In this document: one piece after another, positions 1 through 8,560 of the stretch
Layout: each line of letters opens with the position of its first letter
Position numbering within the stretch: the stretch's first letter is position 1
From: an uncultured Candidatus Saccharibacteria bacterium
GTDB taxonomy: Bacteria; Patescibacteriota; Minisyncoccia; Phycocordibacterales; CAIZLB01
Direction of reading: 5' to 3'
DNA: 64,000 nucleotides
NCBI GenBank assembly: GCA_964450605.1
Contig: CAYVEK010000002.1
Span: 199,805 to 263,804, forward strand
Notes under the pieces: model-generated
Database searches by the model: none
What the model was told of the DNA's origin: nothing
What the model saw: the letters and a program-made list of their open reading frames with translations, nothing else
Position numbers and translations under genes: made by a program

Positions 1-3000
1 CTGAAGCCCAGATGGCTGCCGCAATAGTTGATGTAGAATAATCAGACAATGTTCTAGTTGCAGAACTCCACACATCAGCAGCTGTTAGTGTACTTCGAGA
101 TGATACTTGCGCATCCAAGTTGTCAGCAATCTTCTTTCCAATACTTCCTGTTGTTGTCAGTGCAGATGCAGCAACATCCCAGATCGCTTGTTTTGAGGCA
201 GTTGAGAGATCGACTGTTGAGTTAAGTGATCGCGCGCCATATGCCCAAACATCGGCAGCTGAGACGTTATTAAGCGCTTGTATCAATGCTCTGTTTGTCT
301 GTATTTCAGATATAACCGTTGAGATTGAACCATTTATATTATCTTTCAAAAGTTTTCCAACTGAGCCTGTTGTGTTTATAGATGATGTCAAAACATTCCA
401 CACATCAGCCGCAGTTATATCATTTCCATAACTTGTTAGAGTTCTTGAACCGTTTGCCCAGATAGCTGCAGTTATACTTGATGTCGCGTAGTCACTAAGT
501 GTTCGCGTTGCTGCATTCCAAACATCGGCTGCTGTAAGATTACTTGTTCCCCGTGTTGAGACTTGTGCATCTAAGTTGTCAGCAATCTTCTTTCCAATAC
601 TTCCTGCAGTTGTTAATCCTGAAGCCGCCACATCCCAGATAGCTTGCTTTGATGTGTTTGAGATATCTACGGTTGAGTTAAGTGATCGTGCACCATAAGT
701 CCAAACATCTGCAGCGCTTATGTTATTCAAAGATTGGATGAGAGTTCGGTTTGTCTGTATTTCAGTTATTACATTTGAAATAGAGTTGTTCAAGTTGTCT
801 TTAACTTGTTTTCCGATAGATCCAACCGTCGTGATAGATGAAGTTAGTACATTCCAAACATCAGCGGCAGTTATATCATTTCCATAGTTAGTTAGAGTTC
901 GACCAGCATTTGACCAAACAGCACTTGCAATAGAAGAAGTTCCGTAATCAGACAATGTTCTGCTTGCGGCACTCCACACATCTGCCGCAGTTAAGTTACT
1001 GATACCCCGAGAAGATATCTGTGCGTCTATATTATCAGCAATACGCTTACCTACAGATCCCGCAGTTGTAAGACTTGATGCAGCAACATCCCAGATAGCT
1101 TGTTTTGAAGCAGTAGACAGATCAACGTTTGAGTTTAGAGATCGAGTTCCATACGCCCAAACATCAGCGGCTGAAATGTTGTTTAGCGCTTGTATTAACG
1201 CTCTATTTGTTTGTATTTCTGTAACTACAGTTGAGATTGATCCATCAACATTGTCTTTTAATTGTTTACCTATAGTTCCAGGAGTTGTAAGTGTTGAAGA
1301 CAACACATTCCACACATCAGCGGCTGTGATGTTGTTTCCGTAGTTTGTAAGGGTTCGCGCCGCGTTTGACCACACTGCTGCAGTTATACTTGATGTCGCA
1401 TAATCTGTAAGTGTTCGAGTTGCAGCATTCCAAACATCTGCAGCAGTTAAGTTACTGATACCTCGAGAAGATATCTGCGCATCTAGTTTTTCTGCAATTT
1501 GTTTTCCAATACTTCCTGTTGTTGTAAGACCAGAGGCAGCAACATCCCAGATCGCCTGTTTTGATGCTGTAGAGATATTTACATCACCTGTTAAACTTCG
1601 AGCACCGTATGACCAAACATCGGCAGCTGAGACATTATTAAGTGCTTGAATTAAGGTTCTGTTTGTTTGTATTTCAGATATTACGTTTGTTACAGAATCA
1701 TTAACATTATCTTTTAATTGTTTACCTATACTTCCTGTTGTTGTAAGTGATGAAGATAAAACATTCCAAACATCAGCGGCAGTAATATCATTTCCATAGT
1801 TAGTTAGAGTTCTTGATCCGTTTGACCAGATCGCTGCTGTAAGTGTTGATGTGGCATAATCACTAAGGGTTCGAGTAGCAGAATTCCATACATCGGCTGC
1901 TGTTAAGTTACTTGTTCCTCGTGATGATACTTGAGCATCAAGGTTATCAACTATACGTTTACCGATAGAACCTGTAGTAGTTAATCCTGAAGCTGCCACA
2001 TCCCAAATCTCTTGTTTTGAAGCGGTAGAAAGATTCACATTTCCTGTGATTGTTCGTGCTCCATATGCCCAAACATCGGCGGCAGAGATGTTGTTAAGGG
2101 CTTGAATAAGTGTTCGGTTTGTCTGAACTTCTGCTATAACATTAGTTATAGTGTCATTTACATTGTCTTTTAACTGTTTACCGATTGAACCAGAAACATT
2201 TAAACTTGAGGACAGAACATTCCAAACATCAGCAGCGGTGATATCATTTCCATAGTTAGTTAGAGTTCGTGATCCACTAGACCACACTGCTGTTGTAATA
2301 GAAGAAGTTGCATAATCAGACAGTGTTCTTGTTGCTGCATTCCAGACGTCCGCAGCTGTTAGATTACTTGTTCCTCGTGTAGATATCTGTGCGTCGAGGT
2401 TATCTGCAATTCTTTTTCCTATTGAGCCTGAAGTTGTGAGCGCAGATGCAGCAACATCCCATATCGCCTGCTTAGACGCGGTAGACAGATCAACGTTTGT
2501 ATTTAGAGACCGAGCTCCGTATGCCCAAACATCAGCAGCTGAGATGTTATTCAATGCCTGAATCAAAGTTCTATTTGTAAGTATCTCCGATACTATGGCA
2601 TTTGTTGATGAAGAAACAAATGTTTCTGTTGCAAGAGATCCACCACCAGAAAGCACTTTATCTGTTAAACGTCGAACTGAAGCATATGAATCGTTCCAAA
2701 CATCAGCAGCTGCTGATCCAAGAGAGGTTATAGTTCTCACACTGTTTCCCCAAACAGAGCTTGCAATAGATGCGTTTGTTACATCAGGTGTTTTTACTAT
2801 AAATGTTTTTTCAGATTTTATGAGATTTCCTGCCGCAGTAGATCCACAAATAATAAAAGAGGGGTACGTACCGTTTGTACCCGGTGCTGTTAAGTTGTAG
2901 TACTGCCAACCAGCTGAACCGAGCGTAGTTGATGCATGAGCAAACACAGTTCCGTTTGGATTATAAACCAAAACCGAACAGACATCTGATGTCGGTGTAA

Positions 3001-3151
3001 GATCATCATCGAATACAAACTCACCTACAGTAACAGCATCACCCGGTGCATAGACATTTGAAGTAGCAAACAATAAGCATGGTGCAATTAAAAACGTAAG
3101 TAGTACGTAACGGAAAAATTTTGTTTTGTATGCTTTTTTCAAGTAGACCAT
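1..3151 (-). CDS. Giant secreted repeat protein, 5' part only; the gene runs off the left edge of the window. It has an N-terminal Sec-type signal (MVYLKKAYKTKFFRYVLLTFLIAPCLLFATSNVYA) followed by a globular region. After that come tandem units of about 150 aa (about 450 bp), each made of three roughly 50-aa sub-repeats carrying the motif (I/L)(T/S)AADVW(N/A).
   Basis: Hand translation of the reverse complement from the ATG at 3151 gives a continuous open frame to position 1. The track lists no ORF here because no stop codon falls inside the window. The AADVW motif recurs about every 150 bp, for example at 246, 392, 518, 700, 853, 978 and 1160 through 2700. Confidence 0.7.
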   Translation of the reverse strand, partial: MVYLKKAYKTKFFRYVLLTFLIAPCLLFATSNVYAPGDAVTVGEFVFDDDLTPTSDVCSVLVYNPNGTVFAHASTTLGSAGWQYYNLTAPGTNGTYPSFIICGSTAAGNLIKSEKTFIVKTPDVTNASIASSVWGNSVRTITSLGSAAADVWNDSYASVRRLTDKVLSGGGSLATETFVSSSTNAIVSEILTNRTLIQALNNISAADVWAYGARSLNTNVDLSTASKQAIWDVAASALTTSGSIGKRIADNLDAQISTRGTSNLTAADVWNAATRTLSDYATSSITTAVWSSGSRTLTNYGNDITAADVWNVLSSSLNVSGSIGKQLKDNVNDTITNVIAEVQTNRTLIQALNNISAADVWAYGARTITGNVNLSTASKQEIWDVAASGLTTTGSIGKRIVDNLDAQVSSRGTSNLTAADVWNSATRTLSDYATSTLTAAIWSNGSRTLTNYGNDITAADVWNVLSSSLTTTGSIGKQLKDNVNDSVTNVISEIQTNRTLIQALNNVSAADVWSYGARSLTGDVNISTASKQAIWDVAASGLTTTGSIGKQIAEKLDAQISSRGISNLTAADVWNAATRTLTDYATSSITAAVWSNAARTLTNYGNNITAADVWNVLSSTLTTPGTIGKQLKDNVDGSISTVVTEIQTNRALIQALNNISAADVWAYGTRSLNSNVDLSTASKQAIWDVAASSLTTAGSVGKRIADNIDAQISSRGISNLTAADVWSAASRTLSDYGTSSIASAVWSNAGRTLTNYGNDITAADVWNVLTSSITTVGSIGKQVKDNLNNSISNVITEIQTNRTLIQSLNNISAADVWTYGARSLNSTVDISNTSKQAIWDVAASGLTTAGSIGKKIADNLDAQVSTRGTSNLTAADVWNAATRTLSDYATSSITAAIWANGSRTLTSYGNDITAADVWNVLTSSINTTGSVGKLLKDNINGSISTVISEIQTNRALIQALNNVSAADVWAYGARSLNSTVDLSTASKQAIWDVAASALTTTGSIGKKIADNLDAQVSSRSTLTAADVWSSATRTLSDYSTSTIAAAIWAS

Positions 3152-3176
3152 GACTTATTTTTTATTTTCAATATAA

Positions 3177-3335
3177 CTATTTTTTCTTCGAGTCATCAAC
3201 AGACTTGAATGCTCCAAGTATGTGTCGTATTGCGTCGGCTACACTTTTTGTTAGTTCCGGTATTTTTTTCGGACCAAACAATAGTACAGCCAAAATTGCA
3301 ATTATTATTATTTCTTTTGTTCCTAGTCCAAACAT
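3177..3335 (-). CDS. tatA: Twin-arginine translocase subunit TatA/E, 52 aa.
   Basis: Hand translation gives MFGLGTKEIIIIAILAVLLFGPKKIPELTKSVADAIRHILGAFKSVDDSKKK. This has the TatA-like N-terminal transmembrane helix and the LLFG-KK-P hinge motif. It falls below the 60-aa cutoff of the ORF track. Confidence 0.75.
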   Translation of the reverse strand: MFGLGTKEIIIIAILAVLLFGPKKIPELTKSVADAIRHILGAFKSVDDSKKK

Positions 3336-3349
3336 ATTTTTTTAAAAAA

Positions 3350-3514
3350 TTATTTTTTATTTTTACCCTCATCAGAACCACCTTTAAACGCTCCTGTGAT
3401 GTGCTTTACAGCCTCAACAAGACTTTTGGCAAGTTCTGGTATTCTCTTTGATCCAAATAGCAATATAGCTATAACCAAGATGATTATTAATTCTTTTGTT
3501 CCTAGTCCGAGCAT
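3350..3514 (-). CDS. tatA: Second TatA/TatB-like paralog, 54 aa.
   Basis: Hand translation gives MLGLGTKELIIILVIAILLFGSKRIPELAKSLVEAVKHITGAFKGGSDEGKNKK. It is a paralog of the adjacent tatA with the same hinge motif. Confidence 0.75.
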   Translation of the reverse strand: MLGLGTKELIIILVIAILLFGSKRIPELAKSLVEAVKHITGAFKGGSDEGKNKK

Positions 3515-3531
3515 ATATTATATAAAAAGTT

Positions 3532-4263
3532 TTATGATATTAATTTGGGCTTACGTCCTTTGTTTCGGTTGACTAAAATAGTTAACTCGTAAATAAGTAA
3601 CATAGGCAGCGCCATCAGTATTAATGATAACCCGTCGGTAGGTGGAAGTAAAGAAACAAAGATAAAAATAAGAAAATATGCGAGGCGTCTATGTTTTCTA
3701 AGTGTTGCTGGATTTATAACTCCGATGTTTGACAAAAAAGTGATAATGATTGGAAATTGAAATATCAATCCAAGAAGAGACGCGGTAACTACAATATCAG
3801 ATATAAACTTCCCTATATCCCAGTAGTTTACAACCCCCAGACTCACATTTATCTGAGCTATCATATTTATACCTACATAGAGAACTAAAAAACCATATAT
3901 AAAACCAACGAAAAATAACAACAATGCGACTGGTATTAATAAAATAAACAACTTCTTTTCCTTTGAGCGTAGACCTGGACTTAAAAATGCATATATATGG
4001 TATATAGTTACAGGAGTAATAAATACGCTGGCAATAAAAAAACCTGTACTCATGGCAATATCCACCATCTGAAACGGTGAGCTAATCACTATAGACACAT
4101 TTTCAAAGTTCAAAAGACGTATTGCAGTTTTGACAATAAAACCTGTACCCAAAAAACTTACAATAAAGACAGCGACAAAAAGCTTAACCAGTATGATTAT
4201 TCGCCTTTTTAAATCCTCGAGAAAAATTCCGTATTCTGCTATATAGGCGTCTAATTTGCTCAT
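3532..4263 (-). CDS. tatC: Twin-arginine translocase subunit TatC, 243 aa and six transmembrane helices.
   Basis: The size, six hydrophobic segments and the N-terminal FLEDLKRRI motif (compare TatC HLxELRxR) fit TatC. It lies immediately upstream of two tatA genes. Confidence 0.75.
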   Translation of the reverse strand: MSKLDAYIAEYGIFLEDLKRRIIILVKLFVAVFIVSFLGTGFIVKTAIRLLNFENVSIVISSPFQMVDIAMSTGFFIASVFITPVTIYHIYAFLSPGLRSKEKKLFILLIPVALLLFFVGFIYGFLVLYVGINMIAQINVSLGVVNYWDIGKFISDIVVTASLLGLIFQFPIIITFLSNIGVINPATLRKHRRLAYFLIFIFVSLLPPTDGLSLILMALPMLLIYELTILVNRNKGRKPKLIS

Positions 4264-4266
4264 GTT

Positions 4267-4446
4267 TTATTCGGACATAATAAATATATTTCCTCCTCCG
4301 CCTGTAAGAACAAGCTCCATGACCAGATATTGTTCGCTTGATGGTTCAAACAAAATATCAACAGGACTAAAAAGTGTTCCAGTAGGTATTTCCACAATAA
4401 AATCCTGCCCTTCCCCTGTTTGAAAATTAATGTCAGTCAGAGCCAT
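4267..4446 (-). CDS. Small hypothetical protein, 59 aa (MALTDINFQTGEGQDFIVEIPTGTLFSPVDILFEPSSEQYLVMELVLTGGGGNIFIMSE).
   Basis: Open frame found by hand. It sits between the 4454..5089 gene and tatC with 3-7 nt gaps, in operon context. Confidence 0.4.
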   Translation of the reverse strand: MALTDINFQTGEGQDFIVEIPTGTLFSPVDILFEPSSEQYLVMELVLTGGGGNIFIMSE

Positions 4447-4453
4447 ATATAGA

Positions 4454-5089
4454 TTATACTATTATTTTTCTAATACGACGATTATTTATACTAACAACCG
4501 GCTCTGCTGGTGCAGGAGTTTCAATTGGTGCTGGAGTCGGCTCAGCGGCTGGAGTCTGTGGTATTGGATCCACAACAGGTTCCACGACCTGAGAAGATAC
4601 AGGGTCTCCTGCTGGTGGTACAACCACAGGCTCAACAGGAGGTGTACTTGATGCATTTGTATTATTTTCTACAGGCGTAGCTGGTGCAACAGGTTCAGAT
4701 GGAACAAGAGGTTGTTCTGTTGGAGCGGTAGGTGTCGGTGTTTGTATGACCTCATTCTGAACAGGTGCTTGAGCAGGAGTTTGTTGCTGAGGTACTTCAG
4801 GAGTAGGTTGTGCAACAACCTCTTGCTGTACAGGTGTACCAACGGCATCATTTATAGTTGTGTTTGGATCGAACTTTAATATCTCTTTTTCAAGTTCTTT
4901 TTCATCGTTTATTGTATACACAAGACCACCATACTCTATATACTGAGCCTCAAGCCAGCAAAAAGGCTCATCAGGAGTTTCAACTTTTGCACAAATAACC
5001 ATATCAGAATCATTTCTCTCCCCTGTTTGTTCATATACAACAAGGTCTGGTCTATCTTTTACTTTTTGTCCTTTTTCAAGATAAATCAT
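4454..5089 (-). CDS. Hypothetical protein with a roughly 75-aa N-terminal domain and a long Pro/Thr/Glu/Val-rich linker tail.
   Basis: ORF track. Low-complexity PT-rich C-terminus. One nucleotide separates its start from the stop of the 5091..7241 gene. Confidence 0.55.
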   Translation of the reverse strand: MIYLEKGQKVKDRPDLVVYEQTGERNDSDMVICAKVETPDEPFCWLEAQYIEYGGLVYTINDEKELEKEILKFDPNTTINDAVGTPVQQEVVAQPTPEVPQQQTPAQAPVQNEVIQTPTPTAPTEQPLVPSEPVAPATPVENNTNASSTPPVEPVVVPPAGDPVSSQVVEPVVDPIPQTPAAEPTPAPIETPAPAEPVVSINNRRIRKIIV

Positions 5090-5090
5090 A

Positions 5091-7241
5091 TTAGTTTTGT
5101 GTTAGTAATGCTCTTACTTTGATGTTATCACCTAGAGATGCAGGTGTATATCTGATATATGTTGTTTCGTTTGCCTTATCTGTAGTGTTATATGCCCCCC
5201 AAGTACTTCCGCCGTCTGTAGATTTTTCCCAAGTACCTGTTGGAGATGCTGAGTTATCGTCGACTAATGATCCACCTGTTACAGCATCATACAAACGAAC
5301 ACGAAGTGTTGGGACTGTTCCACCAAACGCTGTAGCAAATCTCCATGCAAATCTTTTATCAGTAGTTGAAGATTGCGCGACTGACGGCTGATAATGTGAG
5401 TCTGTTGTATTGTCCTCGTACAAAACAGCCAGTGATAAAAGTCTGGCTGGTATACCATGAACGTTTCCAATTGTTTGAAATTCAAATTTAAATTGAATAG
5501 ATGTTGTACCGGTAACAGAAGATAGATCTCCTGATTGATCGATGAGAGTCCAAGAACCACTATTATCTGAAATACCAGATGTTCTGTAATAGGATCTATA
5601 CATCATGAGAGGTGTAACAAAAACACCAGAACCCAAACTTGTAACACATTCTGTTAAAAATCTTTTAAACTTAGAGTTATTTGGTGTTGATATTTCAGGA
5701 GAAATTGCCACATTGTTTGTAACAGAAGTTAGATTCCAGTCGGCAACTATAGCAAGAGCATGCAGACCTGTTGTACCTGTAGTAGCCGAACCAACACGGA
5801 GTACGTGCGCGATACCATTACTCGTTTCGATATACAAGGCGGCGTTTCTTGTGTCATACGGCAGAGGTACAGAATCAGAATCAGCGGCCGCGTTATCAAG
5901 CTGTACAAATGCATTTCCAAATATGAACTCGAACTCATCTCCTGATGTTGTTGGATATATAGTTAGATAATTTCGTGCACCTGTTGCACCTGTTGTTGTT
6001 ATATAAAACCTATCCGCTGCAGGTGAATAGTTGATAAAAGTCATAACACTCGACGCAGCTTGAACCGTAGCTCCTCCTGGTGGCATTTCAATACGGTTAT
6101 CTGATTGCCAAGTCAAGTTACCTGCTGTTATGTTTGTTTCTGCCGCTCGATACACACGAGTTGTGGTTACAAAATATATAGACTTCACACCACTACCAGC
6201 ACCATGCGATGCGGTACATATGATACCGTTGTTTGTTTGTGATGCAGTACCTGTTACAGACTGCGCTCCGGTTACAACTATGTTTGCACCAGCAAGAGTC
6301 ATTTTACCCGCAGTTATGGAGTCGTTTGCTCGTAAGTTGTATTTAAATATTTTGCACGAAGTCGTACCGTCAAGCACATATGCAAAATGAGAAGTTGAAG
6401 TAAAGTTTGTTTTTACATTTCCATCAACAGTAACTCCACATGCAACAGTGTTAGTTACCGTAGCAGCATCTGCCAACCAATATGTTAGTTTTAAGTTATC
6501 AACAGTAGAAGCTGATGCTGCTATAGTTGTACCTGTTGTTGTAAAATCATCCCATGTTATACCCTTTCCTACAAACAATCCTCCGTTAGTCGTTGTTGTG
6601 TTTGTAAGAGTGATTACTGGACGAAGCTCTTCTATAACATAAGCCGTACCTGCTGAAATGGTTCCAGCTGTAAGTGTAAGTGTTATAGATGTATCGCTAC
6701 CTATAGCTGATATGTAGTACCAAGTTGTAACTTGCGTTGGATCTGTTGTTCCAAAACCGATACGCGCACCGACCGCTATACGCTGTGTGGAAAACTGCGT
6801 ACTTGTTCCTGTAACAGCTGTTCCTGATACTGCAACAGTTCCTGTTATGTGCGTATAGTAACACATACGAAAACCTCTTTGTACGTTAGTGGCGTTAGTT
6901 ACAGAAAAAGTTATAAAACCTTTCCAGGCGTATGTTGAAGTCGCTCGGTTATATGTATATGCAGTTATTCTTTTTGCCGTAGTTGTTACGGCTTCGATAC
7001 CAAAAACCCAATCAATAGTAGAAGACCATTGTACTGAGTCTATATATACCGGAGGTATAGATGTGGACTCATCAACAGGTCGTGCAAGGTTTGGCTTAAC
7101 TGGACCGATGAATTTATCAGTTACAAGAGCTCCTGTATATTGTTTTATCTGTGGTCCAAGATTCCAATTAGCCGCATTATAAGAACCCGGATAATCGGTG
7201 GTAGTACCTGTAGCTAATTGTTCAACAACTCGTAATGCCAT
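5091..7241 (-). CDS. Large (716 aa) Thr/Ser/Gly-rich protein of unknown function that looks mostly beta. It has no N-terminal signal peptide.
   Basis: ORF track. No hydrophobic N-terminus. It sits in the same operon as the Tat genes. Confidence 0.55.
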   Translation of the reverse strand: MALRVVEQLATGTTTDYPGSYNAANWNLGPQIKQYTGALVTDKFIGPVKPNLARPVDESTSIPPVYIDSVQWSSTIDWVFGIEAVTTTAKRITAYTYNRATSTYAWKGFITFSVTNATNVQRGFRMCYYTHITGTVAVSGTAVTGTSTQFSTQRIAVGARIGFGTTDPTQVTTWYYISAIGSDTSITLTLTAGTISAGTAYVIEELRPVITLTNTTTTNGGLFVGKGITWDDFTTTGTTIAASASTVDNLKLTYWLADAATVTNTVACGVTVDGNVKTNFTSTSHFAYVLDGTTSCKIFKYNLRANDSITAGKMTLAGANIVVTGAQSVTGTASQTNNGIICTASHGAGSGVKSIYFVTTTRVYRAAETNITAGNLTWQSDNRIEMPPGGATVQAASSVMTFINYSPAADRFYITTTGATGARNYLTIYPTTSGDEFEFIFGNAFVQLDNAAADSDSVPLPYDTRNAALYIETSNGIAHVLRVGSATTGTTGLHALAIVADWNLTSVTNNVAISPEISTPNNSKFKRFLTECVTSLGSGVFVTPLMMYRSYYRTSGISDNSGSWTLIDQSGDLSSVTGTTSIQFKFEFQTIGNVHGIPARLLSLAVLYEDNTTDSHYQPSVAQSSTTDKRFAWRFATAFGGTVPTLRVRLYDAVTGGSLVDDNSASPTGTWEKSTDGGSTWGAYNTTDKANETTYIRYTPASLGDNIKVRALLTQN

Positions 7242-7291
7242 ATTTTATATAAATCTTTAAATTAATTTCTCTAATTATAACCTACCCTTCA

Positions 7292-8065
7292 TCAGACTTC
7301 CAAATAATCAACATTGATCTGGACTGTCGCACCTGCACTTAAGACGCAGTAGACTTCTTGGTTTACACCACCTTCAACAAAGTTAGGGTGATTATTCGCA
7401 CCATACAACCCTCCAGCCTTAGGCGACACGTATTTTTCATAATCAGTACCACCTGATGTAAATCTAAAAGAAACAGAACCCAGATCAGATGTTAATGAAA
7501 AACGTGTACTGTAAACCCGTATTTTCTTTCCACTTGAAGGCGTTATAACTGTTCCAGAGTTTGTTAGGGTTACGGTCTGCTTTAAAACACTTTGTCCCGA
7601 GATAATAGTTTGAAGAGTCTCTTCTGTTGCAGGATTTACTCTTGTATTTGAAGCATTTTTTACACCAACCACACTTGAAGTTGGAGTTGCTCCCATAACG
7701 TATGCCTCAGCCTTTTTAGGAATCATCGATATTGCAACCGCCCCAAGACCTGCCATACTCGCAAGTTTCAAAAATGATCTTTTTTTAGGGTCTACGCCTT
7801 CAATTTCATGAACAACCTGCTCTGGCACCACCTTATCAACTATCACGTTTTTATCTTCTCGAGCTTCGATAACTGTTTCAGAAACAACTTTTCGTTGTGT
7901 TCTTTTTTCTACATATACAGGCTTTAATATCCCGTCAATACTTCCTACTACTGGGAATCTTTGCGGCTTTGAAAAACTTTGAGAGTCATCAGAAACAGTC
8001 ACAGCATCATGCCGCATCATTTTTTGTGATAGAAATTTAAAAGGATATCTGCTGCTCGACAACAT
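7292..8065 (-). CDS. Hypothetical bitopic or secreted protein, 257 aa. It has a 95-aa charged N-terminal region, then KKRSFLK-LASMAGLGAVAISMI-PKKAEA, which resembles a signal or anchor segment, then a roughly 140-aa C-terminal beta domain.
   Basis: ORF track. A KR variant of the Tat S/T-R-R-x-F-L-K motif is followed by a hydrophobic core and an AxA site. An in-frame TTG at about 7783 would instead give MKLASMAGLGAVAISMIPKKAEA, a classical N-terminal signal. Confidence 0.5.
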   Translation of the reverse strand: MLSSSRYPFKFLSQKMMRHDAVTVSDDSQSFSKPQRFPVVGSIDGILKPVYVEKRTQRKVVSETVIEAREDKNVIVDKVVPEQVVHEIEGVDPKKRSFLKLASMAGLGAVAISMIPKKAEAYVMGATPTSSVVGVKNASNTRVNPATEETLQTIISGQSVLKQTVTLTNSGTVITPSSGKKIRVYSTRFSLTSDLGSVSFRFTSGGTDYEKYVSPKAGGLYGANNHPNFVEGGVNQEVYCVLSAGATVQINVDYLEV

Positions 8066-8160
8066 ACTTGATTATTATATCACCATATTTTGTAAAAATA
8101 CAAAAACAAAAAACCTTTACGTGTGGGTAAAAGTTTTTTGTTTAGATTTTATTTTCTTTG

Positions 8161-8234
8161 CGCAGTCGACCGGATTTGAACCGGCGACCTTCCGCGTGAC
8201 AGGCGGACGTTCTAACCAGCTGAACTACGACTGC
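8161..8234 (-). tRNA. tRNA-Asp (GTC) with no encoded CCA.
   Basis: Reverse complement GCAGTCGTAGTTCAGCTGGTTAGAACGTCCGCCTGTCACGCGGAAGGTCGCCGGTTCAAATCCGGTCGACTGCG. It has a 7-bp acceptor stem, a CTGTCAC anticodon loop and a TTCAAAT T-loop. Confidence 0.85.
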
Positions 8235-8326
8235 ATGCTATGTATTATACACATATCTTTTTCTATTCAAAATATTTTTTTAAAAAATTTAGAGAAACAA
8301 CTCTTTATCTCTTAAAGTATATATTT

Positions 8327-8403
8327 TGGTGTCAGTGGGAGGAATCGAACCTCCGACCTTGGGCTTATGAGTCCCACGCTCTAACCGACTGAGCTACACT
8401 GAC
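8327..8403 (-). tRNA. Elongator-type tRNA with CAT anticodon (Met, or Ile2 if lysidinylated). CCA is encoded.
   Basis: Reverse complement GTCAGTGTAGCTCAGTCGGTTAGAGCGTGGGACTCATAAGCCCAAGGTCGGAGGTTCGATTCCTCCCACTGACACCA. Positions 1 and 72 are paired, and the anticodon loop is CTCATAA. Confidence 0.8.
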
Positions 8404-8411
8404 TCTTCTTG

Positions 8412-8482
8412 TTGCGAGGCTTGGATTTGCACCAAGGCTTTCAGGTTATGAGCCTGACGAGCTACTGTTACTCCACCCCGCT
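8412..8482 (-). tRNA. Putative initiator-like tRNA (CAT) with non-canonical features.
   Basis: Reverse complement AGCGGGGTGGAGTAACAGTAGCTCGTCAGGCTCATAACCTGAAAGCCTTGGTGCAAATCCAAGCCTCGCAA. It closely resembles E. coli tRNA-fMet: unpaired positions 1/72 and the same D-stem and acceptor stem. However, the D-loop has no GG, the T-loop reads TGCAAAT, the variable loop is 4 nt, the anticodon stem has two G-C pairs instead of three, and there is no CCA. Confidence 0.5.
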
Positions 8483-8560
8483 ATGCTTTTATTAAACTGA
8501 TACCCCCTCCACTACGAGGTAAAATTAAAATAGGTACTCAGACAGTATAATATATATTTA

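Noticed and set aside
1-3150. Regular roughly 150/450-bp periodic repeats that could be mistaken for a CRISPR array or satellite.
   Set aside because: The repeats are long, imperfect and in-frame, and the region translates continuously as one ORF. There is no short repeat and unique spacer structure. They are coding tandem repeats.
8121-8315. Plus-strand 64-aa ORF.
   Set aside because: It overlaps the tRNA-Asp gene on the opposite strand and has no coding features.
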